Below are positions 57,314 through 64,000 of a DNA stretch of 64,000 nucleotides, in pieces (the first letter of the stretch is position 1; each line of letters begins with the position of its first letter). Source of the DNA: Candidatus Woesearchaeota archaeon (GTDB lineage Archaea; Nanobdellota; Nanobdellia; Woesearchaeales; UBA11576); NCBI GenBank assembly GCA_018675335.1, contig JABGYH010000006.1:17464-81463 (forward strand). The letters are read 5' to 3'. The position numbers and the translations under genes were made by a program. The notes below the pieces were generated by a model that saw only the letters and a program-made list of their open reading frames with translations, ran no database searches and had not been told where the DNA came from.

Positions 57314-59986
57314 TTAAACTTCGGATCGGCCACTTAATTTCCAAATAAATTTAATTAATTCGCCGAATATGAATACGCTCGAAGTAACTCCCACAATAAT
57401 TACCCAATCAAAAACACCTAAACTTACTGTTTTAAATAAAGCACTTAATGGAGTATAAATTACAACTAGTTGCAATACAATTGATATTACAACAGCATAA
57501 ATTAATTTCATATTTGAAAAGATTCCAACCTTGAACAAAGATGATTCTTCTGCTTTTGAGTTAAATACATTCCACATCTGAAACATCATAAGCGCACAAA
57601 AAGCAACAGTTCTAGCATAATCCATCCCATACTTAAAATTATAATAAGTAAACAATGCTAATGTTCCAACCATCATTATAAGTCCCACAAAAACCATGAA
57701 TACTGCTCGAGGTTTATCAATAATTCCTGACTCAACTTTTCTTGGTTTTCTTTTCATAATATCTGGACTTGGAGGATCAACACCTAAAGCTAACGCAGGC
57801 AATCCATCAGTTGTTAAATTAACCCATAAAATTTGAAGAGCAATTAATGGTAAAGGAAGCCCTAATAATATTGCAACAAATATTGTTAACACTTCACCAA
57901 GATTACAAGATAATAAATATTCAACAAATTTACGAATATTATCAAATATATTTCTTCCTTCTTCAACCGCACTTACAATCGATGTAAAATTATCATCCAA
58001 AAGAATCATCTCACTTGCTTCTTTTGCAACATCAGTCCCACTTATGCCCATAGCAATTCCTATATCTGCTTTTTTAAGAGCGGGAGCATCATTTACTCCA
58101 TCCCCAGTCATTGCAACAATATGTCCTTTCTTTTGTAATGCTTCTACAATCTGTAATTTATGTTCCGGATTAACTCGAGCATATATTGAAATTTCATCTA
58201 CTTGTTTTAATAATTCTTCAGAACTCATATCATTTAATTCTGAACCCATTATTGCTTTACCTTCTATTCCTAAAGCTTTTCCAATTGCAACTGCAGTCTT
58301 CAAATAATCTCCAGTAATCATCACAACTTTAATTCCCGCAGTTCTACATTTGGCAATAGATTCTTTTACTTCTTTTCTTGGAGGATCAATCATACATTGC
58401 ATCCCAACAAAAACAAGATCTTTTTCATAATCTTCTTTTTTTGTATTATCAGTTATTTCTTTAAATGCAAATCCCAAAACTCTTAATGCTTGTGAAGAAA
58501 ATTCATCATTTTTTAAAAGTAATTTCTTTTTCATCTCTCGAGTAATTCTTTGTCTTTTTTCACCAATCCAAATATACTCACAATTATCAAGTATTACATC
58601 AACCGCTCCTTTGACATAAACTACTTTGCCATTATCAGTTTTATGAACTGTAGTCATTCGTTTTCGCTCACTTGAAAAGCCTACTTCATCAACACGAGGA
58701 TATTTTTTATTTAATTCAGAATAATCAAGTCCTGCTTTTAACGCTGCGGTTAATAAACAACCTTCTGTGGGATCACCCATACATTCCCATTTTTCTCGAT
58801 TTAATTTTGCATCATTATTTTGTGCACCTATTTTTAAAATAAGTTTTAATTTTTCTGAAGCTATACTAAATTCACCTTCAGGCTGATATCCATCACCCGA
58901 AACAGAAATTTCGCGATCATCATAAAATATTTTTTTTACAGTCATTTGATTATGTGTCAAAGTTCCTGTCTTATCACTACAAATTACAGTTGTGGCTCCT
59001 AGCGTTTCTACACTTGGAAGATGTCTCATTAAAGCGTTTCGTTTTAACATTCTTTGAACGCCTAATGCCAAAGCGATTGTGACTACTGCAGGTAATCCTT
59101 CAGGTATTGCTGCTACTGCAAGAGATATTGCTGCAAGTAACATTTCAACTGCACCTTCACCTTTCAAAAAACCAGTAATGAATGTGATTATTGCAATTAC
59201 CACAACTAAAATACCGAGTGTTTTTCCAAGCTTTTGTAATTTTAACTGAAGAGGTGTAAGATTTTTTTCTGCATGTTGAATTAAATGTGCGATATGTCCA
59301 ATTTCAGTTCGCATTCCAGTTTCACAAACTATTGCTTTTCCACGACCATTAGTAATTACAGTTCCAGAAAAAATCATATTTTTTCGATCACCAATAGTAA
59401 CTTCTTTATCAATTACAAATATTTTTTTAGTCACAGGAACTGATTCTCCAGTAAGTGCTGCTTCTTCAATATTCAAATCAACTGCCTCTATTAATCTACA
59501 ATCTGCAGGCACTTTTTCTCCTGTTTCAAGAATTAATATGTCTCCAGGAACGAGTTCTTTTGCATCAATTTTCACATGATGGCCATCCCTAAAAACTGTC
59601 GCTCTTAAACTAGACATCTTTTTTAATGCTTCAATTGATTTTTCCGCTTTAAATTCTTGTACAAATCCTAAAACAGTATTTAACAATAAAATTATTGCAA
59701 TTACAACTGCATCCACTACTTCAGAAACTAACAATGAAATTATTACTGCTCCAATGAGTATCCAAACAATAGGTGAATTAAATTGAGATAATAAAATATG
59801 CACCCAATTTTCTTTTGATCCTTCTTCAAGTTCATTTGTTCCAAATTCATCTAACCTATTGGTTGCATCTTTAGATGATATTCCTTTTGGAGAACTAGTC
59901 AATTTTAAAAAAACTTCCTGTAAAGGTAATTTATACCAATCAGTTTTAGGCGTTGAATTTTGTTTGGATTTTGTTTTCGGAGACAT
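57314..59986 (-). CDS. P-type ATPase, type IIA Ca2+-transporting (SERCA/PMR1-like)
   Basis: 'CSDKTGTLT' phosphorylation motif, 'MITGDYLKTAVAIG' and 'TGDGVNDAPALKKADIGIAMG'. 10 TM helices. 890 aa. Confidence 0.9.
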   Translation of the reverse strand: MSPKTKSKQNSTPKTDWYKLPLQEVFLKLTSSPKGISSKDATNRLDEFGTNELEEGSKENWVHILLSQFNSPIVWILIGAVIISLLVSEVVDAVVIAIILLLNTVLGFVQEFKAEKSIEALKKMSSLRATVFRDGHHVKIDAKELVPGDILILETGEKVPADCRLIEAVDLNIEEAALTGESVPVTKKIFVIDKEVTIGDRKNMIFSGTVITNGRGKAIVCETGMRTEIGHIAHLIQHAEKNLTPLQLKLQKLGKTLGILVVVIAIITFITGFLKGEGAVEMLLAAISLAVAAIPEGLPAVVTIALALGVQRMLKRNALMRHLPSVETLGATTVICSDKTGTLTHNQMTVKKIFYDDREISVSGDGYQPEGEFSIASEKLKLILKIGAQNNDAKLNREKWECMGDPTEGCLLTAALKAGLDYSELNKKYPRVDEVGFSSERKRMTTVHKTDNGKVVYVKGAVDVILDNCEYIWIGEKRQRITREMKKKLLLKNDEFSSQALRVLGFAFKEITDNTKKEDYEKDLVFVGMQCMIDPPRKEVKESIAKCRTAGIKVVMITGDYLKTAVAIGKALGIEGKAIMGSELNDMSSEELLKQVDEISIYARVNPEHKLQIVEALQKKGHIVAMTGDGVNDAPALKKADIGIAMGISGTDVAKEASEMILLDDNFTSIVSAVEEGRNIFDNIRKFVEYLLSCNLGEVLTIFVAILLGLPLPLIALQILWVNLTTDGLPALALGVDPPSPDIMKRKPRKVESGIIDKPRAVFMVFVGLIMMVGTLALFTYYNFKYGMDYARTVAFCALMMFQMWNVFNSKAEESSLFKVGIFSNMKLIYAVVISIVLQLVVIYTPLSALFKTVSLGVFDWVIIVGVTSSVFIFGELIKFIWKLSGRSEV

Positions 59987-60145
59987 TTTAATTTCCTCAG
60001 ATAATTTTAAAAAATAAAATCAATAAAAAAAGTCAATAAATAAAATAAATAACTAAAATCAATAAAAAACGCGATAAAAAAAACGCACAAATATTAAAAA
60101 AAAATAATAGTAATAAAAATAATAATAAAAAGAAAAATTTAAAAA

Positions 60146-61789
60146 TTAGACAATTAATTTTTCTACTTGTTTTTCTTCCAAATGATTTACCCAATCATTA
60201 ATTAAAGAATACCTAACCAGTCTACTCATTAACGATTCACCAATATCTCTCCTTTCATAAAGCATGTTTATTGAATTATCATCTTCTTCTTCAACTACTT
60301 CATATACTGCAACTTTAAAAATAAATCTTGCAGATTCTTTATACAATTGAGAATGTGACATTAATTCGTAAAGTCCTTTTTTGAATGGAACTTCAAAATT
60401 AATTAATCTTGGTAAACCAACTGCCTGTCTAAAAAAAGATCCCTGAAAAATAACATCAGCATCTGATTTTAAATCTAAATAATTAGTTTTTGGATCATCT
60501 AACTTAAGAAGTAATTGTTCTAATTCAGAATCAAATTTATATGGCACATAACGAGCATCCACTCTTTGACGTAAATAAACCAATCTTTCTTCAAGTGTGC
60601 TGCTGCCATCATCAAACGTTTTATTATTATCCACTGTATTTTTAATTGATCTATAATTTAAAACCATTTGTTCCCTTAAATTCATTAATTGTACTCCCCT
60701 AACAGAATATTTAACTAATTGTAATTGTTGTTCACCAATTTGTCTGAAGAATCTATCTTGCACAATATCTTTAAAGCCTACATCATGATCCAGAGATTGT
60801 TGTAAGTCATTTTCCATATCAATTCTAAGGTTGCCCTCCATTCGATATAATTCCTGATACACAACTAAATCTTTTACTTCTTTTGCTTCTTGATCAAGTG
60901 CATCTTCTAAAGATTCTAAACCATCAATATTTTGTTCTAATTGTTCAATATATAAGTCATTTTGTAAATTAGAAAAGTGTATTGCAAAAAAAGAATAAAC
61001 TGAAATAAGTACTACTGCAAAAATAACTGTATACACAATTGAATGTGATAAACTTTTTGTAGCATCTTTAAATGGATGTTTTGGATCAAAAAAGTAAACA
61101 TAATAATATTTACTGAAGAAAAAATACAAAAATACTGCCGGCAATAAATACCAAACAATCACACTAATAAATCCCATAAAATTTGCTGAAGGAATTAATG
61201 CAATTAAAAACAATAGTATTAACGCAAGTGCTAATGCCAGGGTATGCGAGTATATCATTCTCCACGATATCTCAACTAAATCATATTTTTTATCATGTTT
61301 AAAATATATTAAAACTGAAGTTATAAATGACACTAAAAATAATGCAAATACCACCCAACTCCAAATATCATTAAATATTAACAGAGTTATTATTAATGGC
61401 AAAAATAATACTGAAATTATCATCACACAATCATACGTCCTATGCCCATGAAAATGAAGTCCATGAACAATCAATAGCACAGCAGATAATGAAATAAAAT
61501 AACCAATCAGTGCTGGCGAAAAGAAAATTAATGATAGAGCAAATAATGAAAGCATAAAAATTATAATATGCATTCTTTCTTCGCCAAAACTTCTAGTAAA
61601 ATATTGATCAAAACTTTTTTTAGCTTTTTCCTGATTAGAATTTTCAGGAGCACTTACGCGAATCTCAGTTTTTCTTGCTCTTCCTTTTGGCTTCACAGGT
61701 TTTTTCAAAGATTTTTGTTTAGAACTTGCTTGTTTAGTAGCAGTTTTTGATTTTACTTTGGTAGATTTTTTTTTGACTTTGGATTTCAT
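60146..61789 (-). CDS. Polytopic membrane protein with Lys-rich N-terminal tail and C-terminal soluble domain
   Basis: N-terminal 'MKSKVKKKSTKVKSKTATKQASSKQKSLKKPVKPKGRARK'. About 8 TM helices, then a ~290 aa soluble domain. Confidence 0.35.
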   Translation of the reverse strand: MKSKVKKKSTKVKSKTATKQASSKQKSLKKPVKPKGRARKTEIRVSAPENSNQEKAKKSFDQYFTRSFGEERMHIIIFMLSLFALSLIFFSPALIGYFISLSAVLLIVHGLHFHGHRTYDCVMIISVLFLPLIITLLIFNDIWSWVVFALFLVSFITSVLIYFKHDKKYDLVEISWRMIYSHTLALALALILLFLIALIPSANFMGFISVIVWYLLPAVFLYFFFSKYYYVYFFDPKHPFKDATKSLSHSIVYTVIFAVVLISVYSFFAIHFSNLQNDLYIEQLEQNIDGLESLEDALDQEAKEVKDLVVYQELYRMEGNLRIDMENDLQQSLDHDVGFKDIVQDRFFRQIGEQQLQLVKYSVRGVQLMNLREQMVLNYRSIKNTVDNNKTFDDGSSTLEERLVYLRQRVDARYVPYKFDSELEQLLLKLDDPKTNYLDLKSDADVIFQGSFFRQAVGLPRLINFEVPFKKGLYELMSHSQLYKESARFIFKVAVYEVVEEEDDNSINMLYERRDIGESLMSRLVRYSLINDWVNHLEEKQVEKLIV

Positions 61790-61867
61790 TTTTTAAACCT
61801 CTTTTTCAATGAATAATTTTAATAAATAAACAAAATACTTCAATAAATTAATTAAATAAAATTTTAT

Positions 61868-63175
61868 TTAATCACCTAAATCTATTGTTTCACCTAAGCT
61901 CGGAGCACAAACATCATATTCTTTTACTTTAGCCCATTCTAAAATCTCATTTAACGCCTCAGGATCACCATGCATTAAGATAAGTTTTTTTGGATTAATA
62001 TTTCTTATCAAATCTTTTATTTCTGCTTGATCAGAATGTGCTGAAAAATCAAATTTATCTAATTGACAATTAACTTTTTTTCTGTGCCCATCAATATATA
62101 CGCAACCTTCTTCCATCAGTAATCTACCATTAGTAGCTTCTGCTTGATAACCCGTTAGAAGTATTGAATCTCGATTATTTTTATACGTTTCTTTCAAATA
62201 AGAAAGTATTGCACCACCAGTAAGCATTCCTGACGTTGTTACAATTATTGATTGACGTCTAAGAACTTTTTTTCTCATCTTACCATCAACTTTTATTGCT
62301 TTATTAAACATTTTTTGTAATTTTTTTGAATCTTTTAATGTTTCAGGACACGCAAGCATTATTTCTGTTGCTTTTTTAGCCATACCATCTAAATATATGT
62401 TTATTCCCATTTTATCATAATCAGAAACATTTTCAGCAAGCATCAATAAAATTTCTTGTGCACGTCCAACTGCAAAAACAGGAATTAATACATTCCCTCC
62501 TCGAGCTAAAGTAGTAGATATTACTTTCAAAAATCTATTAACTTCAGTTCTTCTAGGAGAATGAATTCTATTACCATATGTTGTTTCAGTTATTAATACA
62601 TCAACATCACTTAAATCCCTCTTAACATCAACACTCGGAGGATTTAGTAAACAAGTTTCACTTGCTTTTATGTCCCCCGTATAAAAAATTTTTTTATATT
62701 TTGAATGACTTGTTTCAACTAAAATAGACGTACTTCCAGGAATATGCCCTGCATCATAAAAAGTAAAATCCAAATCACCAATAGTTCCTTCTTCTCTTAA
62801 TTTTACTCGACGCATAAAATCAAGTGCTTTGTAAATATCATTTTTTTCATAACCTAAATCTTGAAATGATAATTTCCCTACTTTAAATGAGTCTGTTAAT
62901 AATAATCTACAAATATTTTTTGTAACTTTAGTGCAAAAAATTGGACAATTAAGTCCATTGTGATCCAAATAAGGTAACGCCCCACTATGATCTACGTGTG
63001 CGTGAGATAAAAAAACTGCATCAATCTGATCAAGATTATTCAAGTTTATCGGATATGCAGTTCCTTCAGGTTCAATCATGATTCCACTATCAAATAAAAC
63101 TTTTGTTCGACCAGTGTCTAGTTCTACACAACTTCGCCCTACTTCTCTCGCACCACCATGGAATGTTAATTTCAT
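61868..63175 (-). CDS. Metallo-beta-lactamase/beta-CASP ribonuclease (aCPSF2-like, KH-less)
   Basis: 'VFLSHAHVDHSGALP' MBL motif 2, 'DAGHIPGS' and C-terminal 'HGD' beta-CASP motif C. 435 aa. Confidence 0.75.
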   Translation of the reverse strand: MKLTFHGGAREVGRSCVELDTGRTKVLFDSGIMIEPEGTAYPINLNNLDQIDAVFLSHAHVDHSGALPYLDHNGLNCPIFCTKVTKNICRLLLTDSFKVGKLSFQDLGYEKNDIYKALDFMRRVKLREEGTIGDLDFTFYDAGHIPGSTSILVETSHSKYKKIFYTGDIKASETCLLNPPSVDVKRDLSDVDVLITETTYGNRIHSPRRTEVNRFLKVISTTLARGGNVLIPVFAVGRAQEILLMLAENVSDYDKMGINIYLDGMAKKATEIMLACPETLKDSKKLQKMFNKAIKVDGKMRKKVLRRQSIIVTTSGMLTGGAILSYLKETYKNNRDSILLTGYQAEATNGRLLMEEGCVYIDGHRKKVNCQLDKFDFSAHSDQAEIKDLIRNINPKKLILMHGDPEALNEILEWAKVKEYDVCAPSLGETIDLGD

Positions 63176-63178
63176 TTT

Positions 63179-64000
63179 TTATTCACCATTTAATTGTTTT
63201 CTAATTTCTTGAGCATATAATGTCCTATTTATTTCAGCTTTTGAAACTTTTCCACCAAATAAATTCATAAGTTTAGTTCTAAATCTTGGATCATCATATC
63301 GATTTCCAGTTAAACTTGCAGCCAATTTTAAGTATTGAACTGAAGAATTAGCATTAGGTAATGCCGTCGAAACAGGTGCTGTATGAGCTAATGATTCCAA
63401 AACTTTTAAATCATCAGGAATTACTGCAAGTATAGGAACTTCAGTTGATTTTTCAATTTCTGATAAATTTAATTCAAAGTTTTTTCTTCGATGTTTATTT
63501 ACGATTAATCCACTAATGGGAGTTTTTTTATCTTTTGCAATTTGTATTGCTTTCATAGTACAACTCAAAGTTGGATAATCAGGAGAAGTTACAACCAATA
63601 TCTCATCAGCAGCCATTATCGCAGATAATGTTTCTTCATTCATTGCAGGCGAAGAATCAACTATAATAAAATCATACTGACTTTTCAAATCAATTATTCT
63701 ATTTCTTAATTTATACGGATTTATTCGTTTATCTTTTAATGATGCAGTTAAAATATGCATGCCTGACGAATGTGCAACTAATGCTTGAGAAACAGGAACT
63801 TCATCTGCTAAAACTTCATTAAGAGTATATTCTGGGTCAACAATACCTACATGAAGTCCTAAATTAGGCGCAGAAAAATTTGCATCAACAACTAAAACAT
63901 TTTGTCCAAAATGTTGACTAAGTGCTGCCCCAAGATTCAAAGTAGTAGTGGTTTTTCCAACTCCCCCTTTTACAGATATTACACTAATAATCTTTCCTTG
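63179..64000 (-). CDS. MinD/ParA/Mrp-family P-loop ATPase (N-terminus lies beyond the window end)
   Basis: The window-end nucleotides, reverse-translated, give a 'VSVKGGVGKTTT' deviant Walker A. This continues into 'LNLGAALSQHFGQNVLVVDANF'. Confidence 0.7.
   Translation of the reverse strand, partial: QGKIISVISVKGGVGKTTTTLNLGAALSQHFGQNVLVVDANFSAPNLGLHVGIVDPEYTLNEVLADEVPVSQALVAHSSGMHILTASLKDKRINPYKLRNRIIDLKSQYDFIIVDSSPAMNEETLSAIMAADEILVVTSPDYPTLSCTMKAIQIAKDKKTPISGLIVNKHRRKNFELNLSEIEKSTEVPILAVIPDDLKVLESLAHTAPVSTALPNANSSVQYLKLAASLTGNRYDDPRFRTKLMNLFGGKVSKAEINRTLYAQEIRKQLNGE

Overview
This 64 kb window is AT-rich (about 30% GC), densely coded on both strands, and archaeal in character. Archaeal markers present: FtsZ, the SecE–Spt5/NusG–L11 block, ribosomal protein S3Ae, type-2 methionine aminopeptidase, Bud32, ELP3, aCPSF-type beta-CASP RNase, archaeal-type DNA ligase and archaeal-type Cmk. 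Many proteins are small, Lys/Asn/Ile-rich and lack recognisable homologues, which suggests a DPANN-like or other reduced-genome archaeon. I call about 60 CDS and one tRNA with a probable double intron. I see no rRNA, CRISPR array, IS element or transposase.

The left 13 kb is a cell-envelope island:
- an LtaS-like sulfatase domain fused to a glycerophosphodiesterase, alongside two GT-C-like polytopic membrane proteins and two convergent GT2 polyprenyl-phosphate sugar synthases;
- an exosortase/archaeosortase-family gene in a tight operon with two secreted proteins, one carrying a C-terminal TM plus KRKKK anchor;
- two compositionally aberrant (GC-rich, strong-SD) small surface-protein genes;
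- a signal peptidase I.

The middle holds an nrdR–nrdD–(separate glycyl-radical peptide)–nrdG–dut cluster. A tandem pair of NrdR-box-like palindromes sits upstream of nrdR, and the NrdD glycyl-radical domain is encoded as its own 67–70 aa ORF. This is the most unusual system in the window.

Housekeeping genes include hisS, argS, glmS, map, lig, ftsZ, cmk, an FKBP, a U32 peptidase and a Ca2+ P-type ATPase. There is also a scattered set of tRNA wobble-modification genes (ELP3, an MnmC2-like methyltransferase, SelU/MnmH, an NSun methyltransferase). Several proteins (S3Ae, L11, a nitroreductase) carry long Lys/Glu/Ala-rich C-terminal tails. All calls rest on motif reading of the supplied translations; no database search was run.
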